From sequence record MZ234021.1: 40,233 bases of DNA; one strand, 5' to 3'. The DNA is from Escherichia phage vB_EcoP-101118UKE1. This document shows, in pieces, positions 9,771 to 17,614 of this stretch (positions are counted from its first letter, which is position 1; each line of letters starts with the position of its first letter). Below the pieces are notes generated by a model. That model saw only the letters and a program-made list of their open reading frames with translations. It had not been told where the DNA came from and ran no database searches. A program made the position numbers and the translations under genes.

Positions 9771-9861
9771 GTCCTACAACCTACAGTCCTACAACCTACA
9801 GTCTAACTAACCTACAGTATCAACCATAAGACACCAACACCTACGGTCATAGACCCACAGT
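9771..9861 (+). repeat. Array of CCTAC(A/G)GT-type direct repeats flanking the terminal repeat (left-end side), includes a 16-bp tandem duplication
   Basis: GTCCTACAACCTACAG twice in tandem (9771-9802), CCTACAGT 9811-9818, CCTACGGT 9840-9847, CCCACAGT 9854-9861; analogous to T7 CCTAAAG arrays. Confidence 0.6.
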
Positions 9862-9972
9862 TAATAGACACAAAGCTATAGACTTAAGGTCTTAAACATG
9901 TTAGTCAAAGACTATATCCTATTACACCATGGGGCCGACGATAGCTTAATCAATATTATTTAAGATTACCTA

Positions 9973-10002
9973 TTGACTACAGGTCCAGACTATGGCTTAA
10001 TA
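9973..10002 (+). promoter_or_regulatory. Putative host sigma70 early promoter (A1-like)
   Basis: TTGACT 9973-9978, 17-18 nt spacer, weak -10 (CTTAAT/TTAATA); aligns with T7 A1 region as I recall it. Confidence 0.4.
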
Positions 10003-10113
10003 GCTTCCGTCAACACGACACGGCAACAACCGGATAGTGAAGACGCCGGGTCATCCCGGTTAAGTAGACAGCCTGATAAGTCATACGAACAACAGGCAGA
10101 TGACAGAAAGTAG

Positions 10114-10143
10114 TTGACAAGATGTACCGACTTAAAGTAGTAT
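10114..10143 (+). promoter_or_regulatory. Putative host sigma70 early promoter (A2/A3-like)
   Basis: TTGACA 10114-10119, 18-nt spacer, TAGTAT 10138-10143; flanking sequence resembles T7 A3 region. Confidence 0.5.
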
Positions 10144-10272
10144 GTACCACATCAACACGAAACAACGGTGACGACCAACACTGAAACGGTCTACCTGAAG
10201 TCCTCTGACTGAAGGGAATGCTCTTTAACAATCTGGATAAACTCTTAATGTGCGCCGATAGCGACTAACTAC

Positions 10273-10302
10273 AGGGCCTTTGAGTCTACATCTGAAGGCC
10301 CT
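10273..10302 (+). promoter_or_regulatory. Putative RNase III processing hairpin (R0.3-like) before first early gene
   Basis: AGGGCCTT 10273-10280 / AAGGCCCT 10295-10302 perfect stem; followed by the GGCCCTGACTGATAGTCACTAAC box. Confidence 0.5.
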
Positions 10303-10335
10303 GACTGATAGTCACTAACTTAAAGGATGGACACT

Positions 10336-10581
10336 ATGAAACACTTAAGCACAATCACTAATCGCAATGAAGTATTCGTGAACACTAAAGGTTATGCGTG
10401 GATTCAGCTTAAAGAGATGACAGGAGCGCGTCACCGTGTGGTAGTTCGCAAGGTATCAAGCAAGCAGTTCAGCAACTACAGCGTCGATACTGTGCGTATA
10501 GACAACGAGACATACCTGATAGACTCGCAGATAACCGTGAGTCCTACAGTGGGCGTCTCAGCTCCTTATTTCGCTAACTGA
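10336..10581 (+). CDS. Hypothetical early protein (first gene after the early promoters)
   Basis: ORF 10327..10581; second ATG 10336 has better spacing from AAAGGATGG; preceded by an RNase III-type hairpin; no recognisable homolog. Confidence 0.5.
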   Translation: MKHLSTITNRNEVFVNTKGYAWIQLKEMTGARHRVVVRKVSSKQFSNYSVDTVRIDNETYLIDSQITVSPTVGVSAPYFAN

Positions 10582-10594
10582 GAGTGATTAACTA

Positions 10595-10620
10595 CAGGTC
10601 GTTAGACTGATAGCGGCCTG
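10595..10620 (+). promoter_or_regulatory. Putative RNase III processing hairpin before Ocr gene
   Basis: CAGGTC / GGCCTG stem; followed by GGCCTGACTGATAGTCACTAAC box 10615-10636. Confidence 0.45.
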
Positions 10621-10664
10621 ACTGATAGTCACTAACACATAATTAACTTTGAGAGGATATAACT

Positions 10665-11168
10665 ATGGAACGTAATGCTAACGCATACTATGAGCTGCTG
10701 GCTGCAACCGTTGAGGCATTTATCGAGCGTATTCAGTGCGACCACCTGACTAAAGATGACGACTACAGCGCTGCGCTGCATGAGGTCGTAGACGGTCAGG
10801 TTCCACACTATTACCACGAGATTTTCATGGTGATGGCTGCTGATGGTATAGACAACGAGTTCGAAGACTCTGGGATGATACCTGAAACCAAGGACGTAAC
10901 GCGTATCCTACAAGCTCGCATCTATGAGGCACTTTATAACGACGTGTCTAATAGCTTGGATGTAGTCTGGTTTGAGGATGAAGAGGCAGACGAAGAGGAT
11001 GAATATTGGGTAGTTGACGCTAAAACAGGCGCAATAATTGTGCAAGCTGTAGCTCTTGAGGTCGCTACTGCATGTGCCAAGGTTAACTATGCGGCAGGTC
11101 GCCACCTTCAGGTGGAAGACATCAATGATAACGTAGTGTTTGACCCTGCTGCTGAGGACTGCGAGTGA
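10665..11168 (+). CDS. Ocr-like anti-restriction DNA-mimic protein (gp0.3) with ~50-aa C-terminal extension
   Basis: GAGAGGA RBS; VPHYYHEIFMVMAADGIDNEFEDSGMIPETKDVTRILQARIYE closely matches T7 Ocr; acidic tract then extra 50 aa absent from 117-aa T7 Ocr. Confidence 0.85.
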   Translation: MERNANAYYELLAATVEAFIERIQCDHLTKDDDYSAALHEVVDGQVPHYYHEIFMVMAADGIDNEFEDSGMIPETKDVTRILQARIYEALYNDVSNSLDVVWFEDEEADEEDEYWVVDAKTGAIIVQAVALEVATACAKVNYAAGRHLQVEDINDNVVFDPAAEDCE

Positions 11169-11324
11169 TGGTAACTTATGGCCTCTGCCAGCACCACGTC
11201 ACTAACGCCCGGCTTATGGTCAAGACCGGGCAGTTAGACCACGATTGGGCTATGCGTCTCTTGAAAGTGGTCTACAGGAGACGCAAGCGTATACACGACA
11301 GTTTACACGCTAAGTGACAGACTA

Positions 11325-11348
11325 CAGGTCATCAATGCTGGTGGCCTG
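11325..11348 (+). promoter_or_regulatory. Putative RNase III processing hairpin before 11381 gene
   Basis: CAGGTCAT 11325-11332 / GTGGCCTG 11341-11348; followed by GGCCTGACTGATAGTCATTAAC box 11343-11364. Confidence 0.45.
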
Positions 11349-11380
11349 ACTGATAGTCATTAACAACTGAGAGGGAAGAT

Positions 11381-11608
11381 ATGAACACAATCACTGGTGC
11401 CATAACCAAAGGTTTTCGAGCAATTTTCGGTGAAACGCAAGAAGTATGCACCAATCATAAATTCGTACTTTCTTGCGTAGCAGGTGACGAGTTTGACGGG
11501 TTCGATAAACTGGTGGTTTGCGACCATTGCGGACAAGAGGCTATCCAACACTCAAACGGTAAATTTGAATTAATAGACGATAGCCTTACAGAAGGAGACG
11601 GCGAGTAA
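11381..11608 (+). CDS. Hypothetical small early protein with four Cys (possible Zn-ribbon), acidic C-terminus
   Basis: 75 aa, GAGGGAAG RBS 11371-11378; cysteines at residues 23, 32, 47 and 50 (including CDHC). Confidence 0.55.
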   Translation: MNTITGAITKGFRAIFGETQEVCTNHKFVLSCVAGDEFDGFDKLVVCDHCGQEAIQHSNGKFELIDDSLTEGDGE

Positions 11609-11681
11609 CCTAAATAAACAGGAGAGAACCAAATCATAGCTTGACCATAACACTGACGTGATGGTACTGAGTGATAGACGA

Positions 11682-11707
11682 GAGGTCATCGACTGATAGG
11701 TGGCCTC
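11682..11707 (+). promoter_or_regulatory. Putative RNase III processing hairpin
   Basis: GAGGTCAT 11682-11689 / GTGGCCTC 11700-11707, loop CGACTGATAG. Confidence 0.4.
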
Positions 11708-11740
11708 AAAGATTACCACTTACATTGATAGGAGTTAACT

Positions 11741-11845
11741 ATGAGCACTGCAATCATCTGGACTATCTCAGGCTTCGTAGCGTGGGGAATGTTTACTCTA
11801 GTCTGCAAACTACCGGTCCTTACTCAACTGTTATGGGGCTTATGA
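11741..11845 (+). CDS. Small hydrophobic peptide (34 aa)
   Basis: AGGAG RBS 11730-11734, ATG 11741; MSTAIIWTISGFVAWGMFTLVC...; stop overlaps next start. Confidence 0.35.
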   Translation: MSTAIIWTISGFVAWGMFTLVCKLPVLTQLLWGL

Positions 11846-11961
11846 CTATGAGTATCGCACTATTGATAGCCATAGGCTATGGACTTATCGCCTACGTGCT
11901 GGTGAGAGACATCAACAAAGCGCGTAAAGTCTACAAATTCAAAATATGTACGTCTGGGTAG
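11842..11961 (+). CDS. Small transmembrane peptide (39 aa)
   Basis: ATGA overlap with preceding small ORF; MTMSIALLIAIGYGLIAYVLV TM helix then basic tail; is the 3' part of the 96-aa ORF in the track. Confidence 0.35.
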   Translation: MTMSIALLIAIGYGLIAYVLVRDINKARKVYKFKICTSG

Positions 11962-12045
11962 CTGGACTGTACGTCAACCTAACGGACGATTCATGCGTAA
12001 CTTAGCGAACGTCTGGGATATAGCAACACTTGGGAGCAAACTGTA

Positions 12046-12372
12046 ATGAACAAGTCATACGGGATTAATCTGGTACACTCTATGGACGCAGACATGCAAA
12101 TGTTAAGCCTACTGGCTACCGGGTATCGTCACGGAACGTCAAGTCACTCCGCACGTCAACAGCAGGAGCGGGACCGGGTACTGCAAGCAAGACTCCGGGC
12201 TGAGGGCCATAAGTCCGAACTAATGTGTCTGGCGTATGGTGGACGACCAATCACTGACGATGGTAAACTTTTAGTCTCAGGCTGGAAGGCGATAGACCAA
12301 CGGTCAACCATCAAGCACACGACTCATGGTGACTTCAGTCATCTCCACGCTAACCCGCTGATATGCAAGTAA
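12046..12372 (+). CDS. Hypothetical early protein (108 aa)
   Basis: GGGAG RBS 12032-12036; occupies the position of T7 gene 0.7 but has no kinase motifs. Confidence 0.45.
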   Translation: MNKSYGINLVHSMDADMQMLSLLATGYRHGTSSHSARQQQERDRVLQARLRAEGHKSELMCLAYGGRPITDDGKLLVSGWKAIDQRSTIKHTTHGDFSHLHANPLICK

Positions 12373-12377
12373 TTCTG

Positions 12378-12400
12378 ACTTAACTATCACTATAGGACTC
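12378..12400 (+). promoter_or_regulatory. Phage RNAP promoter immediately upstream of the RNAP gene, +1 at 12395
   Basis: ACTTAACTATCACTATA/GGACTC, 75 nt before RNAP ATG. Confidence 0.7.
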
Positions 12401-12469
12401 AAGGTCTAAGACTCCAAGTGAAAGACCAAAGAGACTTTAAGTGAAAGACTAATAACAAGGACTTTAAGT

Positions 12470-15151
12470 ATGAGCGTCATCTCTATTGACAAGCACGACT
12501 TCTCTGATGTGTCGAACGCCATTGAGCCGTTTAACCTACTGGCTGACCACTACGGGCAAGACCTTGCAGTCAAACAGCTTCAGCTTGAGCACGAGGCATA
12601 CACTGAAGGCGAGCGACGTTTCATCAAGAACCTTGAGCGCCAGACCGAGCGCGGGGAACTGGCAGACAATCAGGTAGCCAAGCCTCTTATGCAGACTCTT
12701 GTTCCTAAGATTGTGCAAGCCGTCAAGGAGTGGCACGAAGGTCCAGACGGGAAGCTGTCAACCTCTCGTCCGAGCGTAGCGTTCACCATGTTGAGCACTG
12801 AAGAGAAGGCCGTAAAGGACCGCTCTTTGCGCATCTCCTGCGAATCTGCTGCGGTTATCATACTGAAGGTCATACTCTCCAAGCTGATCAAGCCTGAAGG
12901 GATACCGATTACACCGATGGCATCCGCGATAGGGCGCACACTTGAGGACGAAATCCGCTTCGGTCGCATCCGTGACAAAGAGAAAGAGCACTTCAAGAAG
13001 GCGATAGCTGATAACCTGAATAAGCGGGCCGGGGCGTCCTACAAGAAAGCCTACATGCAAGCGGTCGAGGCATCCATGCTGGAGCAAGGCCAACTGGAAG
13101 ATGCGTGGGGGACTTGGAGTCCTACAGAGGCTGTCCACGTTGGCGTCAAGATGCTTGAGATTGTCATCCAGTCAACACAACTGGTAGAGCTTAAGCGGTA
13201 CGGTGCTGGCAATGCAGCGGCTGACGTTGAGATGGTCCACCTGTCAGACTTCTGGGTCAAGAAGATGGCACAACGAGGATTCAGCCTTGCGGGTATCGCT
13301 CCAGTCTACCAGCCTTGCGTCGTTCCACCTAAGCCGTGGACCGGTGTCGTAGGAGGTGGGTACTGGGCCAAAGGACGCAGACCACTGCCACTGATTCGCT
13401 TAGGGTCTAAGTCTGCGGTGGCACGTTACGAAGACGTGTACATGCCTGAAGTCTATGACGCTGTGAATATCATCCAGAATACACCTTGGAAAGTGAACAA
13501 GAAGGTTCTGGACGTGGTGAACATGGTCGAGAAGCTGAACAACACGCCTATTGATGACATCCCTCAGATGGAACCGCTGAAGCCTGAGGACTATGCGGGT
13601 GAGACTGAAGAAGAACTCAAGGCATGGAAGAAGGCTGCTGCTGGTATCTATCGCCGCGAGAAGGCCAGACAGTCACGAAGATTGTCACTGAGCTTTATCG
13701 TCAACCAAGCGAACAAGTTCTCTCAGTTCAAGGCCATCTGGTTCCCGTATAACATGGACTGGCGTGGGCGCGTCTACGCTGTTCCGATGTTCAACCCTCA
13801 GGGTAACGACATGCAGAAGGGTCTTCTGACTCTGGCAGTCGGTAAGCCTATTGGTGCTGATGGTTTCAAATGGCTGAAGGTCCACGGTGCAAACTGCGCG
13901 GGTGTCGATAAAGTCACCTTCGAGGAGCGTATCAAGTGGGTGGAAGATAACCACGACAACATCATGGCTGCTGCTAAGGCGCCGATGGATAGTATTAAGT
14001 GGTGGGGCAAGTTAGACTCTCCGTTCTGCTTCCTAGCGTTCTGCTTCGAGTATGCTGGCGTAATGCACCACGGCTTGTCTTACTCCTGCTCGCTGCCGAT
14101 AGCGTTCGATGGGTCCTGCTCTGGGATTCAGCACTTCAGCGCTATGCTTCGCGACCACATCGGTGGACATGCAGTAAACCTGACGCCATCCGGTAAGGTC
14201 CAAGACATCTACCGAATCGTGTCTGACCGCATTGAGGAGGAGCTTAAAGTCCTACTGGTTAACGGTACGGACAACGAGATGGTAACTCACGAGGACAAGA
14301 AAACTGGTGAGATTACCGAGCGTCTCAAGCTGGGGACACGAGAGCTTGCCAGTCAGTGGCTTACCTACGGTATGTCACGAAAGGTCACTAAGCGTTCGGT
14401 CATGACTCTGGCCTACGGGTCGAAAGAGTACGGCTTCGCAGACCAAGTTTACGAGGACATCGTGATGCCAGCGATTGACTCAGGGTCTGGCGCTATGTTC
14501 ACTGAACCAAGCCAAGCATCTCGCTTCATGGCTAAGATGATTTGGGAAGCTGTGAGTGTGACCGTAGTTGCTGCGGTTGACGCGATGAAATGGCTTCAGG
14601 GTGCTGCCAAGCTGCTTGCTGCTGAAGTGAAGGACAAGAAGACTGGAGAAATCCTGAAGCCTTGTCTTCCGGTACACTGGGTCACACCTGATGGTTTCCC
14701 TGTCTGGCAGGAATACCGCAAGAAGGACACCACTCGTCTGAACCTGATGTTCTTAGGGTCATTCAACCTTCAGCCTACCGTCAACAAAGGCACGAAGAAA
14801 GAGCTGGACAAGCACAAGCAGGAGTCAGGCATTAGCCCGAACTTCGTCCACTCACAAGATGGTAGCCACCTCCGCAAGACTGTAGTCCACACGCATCGCA
14901 AGTACGGCGTGATGTCATTCGCAGTGATTCACGATAGCTTCGGGACCATCCCGGCTGACGCTGAGTATCTGTTCCGTGGAGTCCGTGAGACGATGGTCGA
15001 GACCTACCGCGACAACGATGTGCTGCTTGACTTCTACGAGCAGTTTGAATACCAGCTTCACGAGAGCCAGAGAGACAAGTTGCCTGAGCTTCCGAAGAAA
15101 GGTAAACTGAATATCGAAGACATCTTGTCTTCAGACTTTGCATTCGCTTAA
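12470..15151 (+). CDS. Single-subunit DNA-directed RNA polymerase (gp1)
   Basis: 893 aa, colinear with T7/T3 RNAP throughout (PMFNPQGNDMQKGLLTLA, FCFLAFCFEYAGV, AFDGSCSGIQHFSAM, TLAYGSKEYGF, HDSFGT, C-terminal FAFA). Confidence 0.98.
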   Translation: MSVISIDKHDFSDVSNAIEPFNLLADHYGQDLAVKQLQLEHEAYTEGERRFIKNLERQTERGELADNQVAKPLMQTLVPKIVQAVKEWHEGPDGKLSTSRPSVAFTMLSTEEKAVKDRSLRISCESAAVIILKVILSKLIKPEGIPITPMASAIGRTLEDEIRFGRIRDKEKEHFKKAIADNLNKRAGASYKKAYMQAVEASMLEQGQLEDAWGTWSPTEAVHVGVKMLEIVIQSTQLVELKRYGAGNAAADVEMVHLSDFWVKKMAQRGFSLAGIAPVYQPCVVPPKPWTGVVGGGYWAKGRRPLPLIRLGSKSAVARYEDVYMPEVYDAVNIIQNTPWKVNKKVLDVVNMVEKLNNTPIDDIPQMEPLKPEDYAGETEEELKAWKKAAAGIYRREKARQSRRLSLSFIVNQANKFSQFKAIWFPYNMDWRGRVYAVPMFNPQGNDMQKGLLTLAVGKPIGADGFKWLKVHGANCAGVDKVTFEERIKWVEDNHDNIMAAAKAPMDSIKWWGKLDSPFCFLAFCFEYAGVMHHGLSYSCSLPIAFDGSCSGIQHFSAMLRDHIGGHAVNLTPSGKVQDIYRIVSDRIEEELKVLLVNGTDNEMVTHEDKKTGEITERLKLGTRELASQWLTYGMSRKVTKRSVMTLAYGSKEYGFADQVYEDIVMPAIDSGSGAMFTEPSQASRFMAKMIWEAVSVTVVAAVDAMKWLQGAAKLLAAEVKDKKTGEILKPCLPVHWVTPDGFPVWQEYRKKDTTRLNLMFLGSFNLQPTVNKGTKKELDKHKQESGISPNFVHSQDGSHLRKTVVHTHRKYGVMSFAVIHDSFGTIPADAEYLFRGVRETMVETYRDNDVLLDFYEQFEYQLHESQRDKLPELPKKGKLNIEDILSSDFAFA

Positions 15152-15166
15152 CAACAGGAGAAGTAT

Positions 15167-15397
15167 ATGTCAATGAAACTTGTAGCACACAACAGGGTAT
15201 TCAACGATGGGTCGGGACGTTGCCATGTAGAGCTGACTTATAAGGATTTAATCATTCTCCGAGACAGATTACAGTCGGGTGTGACTGGGTGGATTCAACC
15301 TAACGAGTACAACCTTATAGCTTCGATTGATGAAGTTCTTAACGCGTGGATGGAAGACGAGCGCATTCAGTATCCGTCATTCCCTCTAATTAGATAA
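15167..15397 (+). CDS. Hypothetical protein (76 aa)
   Basis: AGGAGA RBS; between RNAP gene and the phi1.1-type promoter. Confidence 0.55.
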   Translation: MSMKLVAHNRVFNDGSGRCHVELTYKDLIILRDRLQSGVTGWIQPNEYNLIASIDEVLNAWMEDERIQYPSFPLIR

Positions 15398-15407
15398 GGA
15401 GAGAGTT

Positions 15408-15623
15408 ATGAAATTTGCACACAAGCATACTGGCGTTAATGGTGGGACTCAAATCGTGACCGTAACAGAACACAACGGCAAGGGTCTGGTGAAGACCACG
15501 GTCATCCCTACCGAGATGTCCAAGCAGCTTAACATCCCGTTCAAGACTCTTGTATATCTGGTCGAGTCCAGCCACGAGAAGTACCTGAAGGACGCAGTGT
15601 CCAAGCTGGAGCAGGCCAAATGA
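15408..15623 (+). CDS. Hypothetical protein (71 aa)
   Basis: AAGGAGAG RBS directly upstream of ATG 15408. Confidence 0.6.
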   Translation: MKFAHKHTGVNGGTQIVTVTEHNGKGLVKTTVIPTEMSKQLNIPFKTLVYLVESSHEKYLKDAVSKLEQAK

Positions 15624-15698
15624 CAGACATACAGTTACTGGCCCTGTGGCTGGGAGCACTCGCAGTATTCACTTTAATCCAACGCAGAAGAGGTTAAC

Positions 15699-15721
15699 CC
15701 TAAACTATCACTATAGGCTTA
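15699..15721 (+). promoter_or_regulatory. Phage RNAP promoter (phi1.1-type), +1 at 15716
   Basis: CCTAAACTATCACTATA/GGCTTA. Confidence 0.8.
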
Positions 15722-15726
15722 GACTC

Positions 15727-15753
15727 AAGGTCATGACTCAAAGTCGTGGCCTT
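15727..15753 (+). promoter_or_regulatory. Putative RNase III processing hairpin (R1.1-like) just after phi1.1-type promoter
   Basis: AAGGTCAT 15727-15734 / GTGGCCTT 15746-15753. Confidence 0.5.
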
Positions 15754-15794
15754 CATGATTAACCCTAAATAAACACTACTGGAGATTTAACCGT

Positions 15795-15974
15795 ATGTAT
15801 CAGAACACTATCAACTTCGAGCGCATCCGTGAACGTCAGCAGACTGAAGGTTACATCCCTAAGGGCCGCAAGCTGAACAAGACTAAACGTGGCGGTGGTA
15901 TCAAAGGCGCTTTCAGAAACGCTGAAGGTAAAGACTCTCTGGTCAACCAAGAGAAATACTTCGTAGGAGCATAA
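15795..15974 (+). CDS. gp1.1-like small basic protein (59 aa)
   Basis: Not in ORF track (<60 aa); KGRKLNKTKRG matches T7 gp1.1; GGAG upstream. Confidence 0.7.
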   Translation: MYQNTINFERIRERQQTEGYIPKGRKLNKTKRGGGIKGAFRNAEGKDSLVNQEKYFVGA

Positions 15975-15978
15975 CTCT

Positions 15979-16242
15979 ATGGGCCGACTTTATAGTGGCA
16001 ACCTCAACGCTTTCAGAGCAGCGTGTAACAGGCTTTATCAGTTAGACTTCTGCGTGATACAGCAGGACTGGTACGACGCGCATCTTCGGAAAGAGTGCAT
16101 GAGACTTCAAGTCGAGGACCGAGCTGGTAACATCTTCGCGCTTGAGACCTTCGCACACTACGATGAAGACGTGCTGTATAATACCGCAACCGACTACCTC
16201 AACGGTCTCGCTGACCATCTCGACACATGGAGCAAAGAATAA
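15979..16242 (+). CDS. gp1.2-like protein (host dGTPase inhibitor family)
   Basis: MGRLYSGNLNAF...DWYDA...HYDEDVLYN closely matches T7 gp1.2. Confidence 0.85.
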   Translation: MGRLYSGNLNAFRAACNRLYQLDFCVIQQDWYDAHLRKECMRLQVEDRAGNIFALETFAHYDEDVLYNTATDYLNGLADHLDTWSKE

Positions 16243-17330
16243 TGACAACTATCAAAACTAACCCTCACCGCGCTGTAGATTACTCTGAGTCTGGAATTAA
16301 GAAGGCACTGGAATCAGCCGGGTCTCTGGAAGCTGAAGTGAAGTACGATGGTGTGCGCCTGAACCTCCTGGTCCTGCGTGAAGGTGAGACCTACTGGCTT
16401 AGCCGCGAGTCGAAACCTCTACCAGCCTTGGAGTGGATGAACTCTGAGTTAGGTAATGCGTGGACCCAAGCTGACTGGCGATGGTTCCTGCGTCAATCCG
16501 GCTACGAAGGTGTGGGCATGATGATTGATGGCGAGGTCATGGTCAAAGGTGTAGACTTCAACACCTCCTCAGGTCTCATCCGAACGAAGTGGCTCAAGCC
16601 TAACAACGAGGAGTTCGCTGAATACTATTCGCCGGCGACTGGTGGAAAGAAGCTCCCGTTCTGGGGATCCCGGTCACGACTTCAGGTTGTGGTATATGGC
16701 GTTGTCGATATGACAACCATAGCAGACCCGAAAGCAGAAGGTCCTATCCATAGCGTAACCCGCCTGAAGGCTGAAGCTATCGTCCCTCTCCTCCAGAAAT
16801 ACTTCCCGGAAATCGACTGGGTTCTGTCTGAGTCACACACGGTCTATGACCTTGAGTCGCTCAACTCCCTGTACGAACAGAAGCGTCTGGAAGGACATGA
16901 GGGTCTGGTAGTCAAGGACCCACTGGGTAAGTACAAGCGTGGCAAGAAGTCTGGCATGTGGAAAATGAAGCCTGAGGAGACCATCGACGGGACCGTGTGT
17001 GGCCTCGTGTGGGGGACTCCTGGTAAGGCTAACGAAGGTAAGGTCATCGGCTTTGAGGTTCTACTGGAGGATGGCATGGTGGTCAACGCCTGTGGTCTGA
17101 CTGAAGAACAGAAGGACGAGTTTACGGCTAAGGTAAAGGAGGACACGCTTGCTGCGGTTGGCATCTTTGCGCCGTACGGCATTGGTGGTAACGAACCTTG
17201 CTTCGATAACCCATACGAAGGCTGGCAGTGTGAAGTCCTCTTCATGGAGAGGTTCCCTGATGGCTCCCTTCGTCACCCCAGCTTCAAGTGCTGGCGTGGA
17301 ACCGAAGACAACCCAACGGTGAAGTCATGA
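16242..17330 (+). CDS. ATP-dependent DNA ligase (gp1.3)
   Basis: KYDG adenylation motif, GHEGLVVKDP, FPDGSLRHPSF; start chosen at ATG 16242 (TAATG overlap, MTTIKTNP as in T7); ORF track begins 16227. Confidence 0.93.
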   Translation: MTTIKTNPHRAVDYSESGIKKALESAGSLEAEVKYDGVRLNLLVLREGETYWLSRESKPLPALEWMNSELGNAWTQADWRWFLRQSGYEGVGMMIDGEVMVKGVDFNTSSGLIRTKWLKPNNEEFAEYYSPATGGKKLPFWGSRSRLQVVVYGVVDMTTIADPKAEGPIHSVTRLKAEAIVPLLQKYFPEIDWVLSESHTVYDLESLNSLYEQKRLEGHEGLVVKDPLGKYKRGKKSGMWKMKPEETIDGTVCGLVWGTPGKANEGKVIGFEVLLEDGMVVNACGLTEEQKDEFTAKVKEDTLAAVGIFAPYGIGGNEPCFDNPYEGWQCEVLFMERFPDGSLRHPSFKCWRGTEDNPTVKS

Positions 17331-17506
17331 GTACACAACTTTATATCAACATAGCAAGTGGTCAACTCTACGCTGTGGTAAATGGCGAGCTGTGGTATCG
17401 TAAACTCAAGAAGTGGGCCAAGTCCTACTACGATGAAGAGACAATATCAACCATGAGTCATCGCTACCGTAAGGCTGCTAAGGTGAACAACTTTAAGATG
17501 CGTTAA
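17327..17506 (+). CDS. Hypothetical small protein (gp1.4 position)
   Basis: ATGA overlap with ligase stop; 59 aa from ATG 17327 (ORF track gives longer 17288 start). Confidence 0.5.
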   Translation: MSTQLYINIASGQLYAVVNGELWYRKLKKWAKSYYDEETISTMSHRYRKAAKVNNFKMR

Positions 17507-17512
17507 CGTCAA

Positions 17513-17544
17513 CCCAGTGGTCTTATGACTGCTGGGTTTCTTTG
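17513..17544 (+). terminator. Intrinsic terminator after the ligase region (TE-like early terminator)
   Basis: 8-bp stem CCCAGUGG / CUGCUGGG (with G-U pairs) followed by TTTCTTTG. Confidence 0.6.
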
Positions 17545-17565
17545 CGTACGGGCCACCAGCTAGAC

Positions 17566-17588
17566 CCTAAGCTATCACTATAGGACAA
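17566..17588 (+). promoter_or_regulatory. Phage RNAP promoter, +1 at 17583
   Basis: CCTAAGCTATCACTATA/GGACAA (one mismatch at -12). Confidence 0.75.
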
Positions 17589-17614
17589 CCCTAACCGACC
17601 AAAGGAGAAACCTT

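Noticed and set aside
9771-9861. Possible CRISPR-like array among the short direct repeats
   Set aside because: Repeat units are only 7-16 bp, irregularly spaced and lack spacer-like unique segments; they match the terminal-repeat-flanking heptamer arrays of T7-like phages.
11671-11961. 96-aa ORF spanning 11671..11961
   Set aside because: Its 5' part overlaps an RNase III-like hairpin and lacks an RBS; the region is better explained by two short coupled ORFs (11741..11845 and 11842..11961), though both remain low-confidence.
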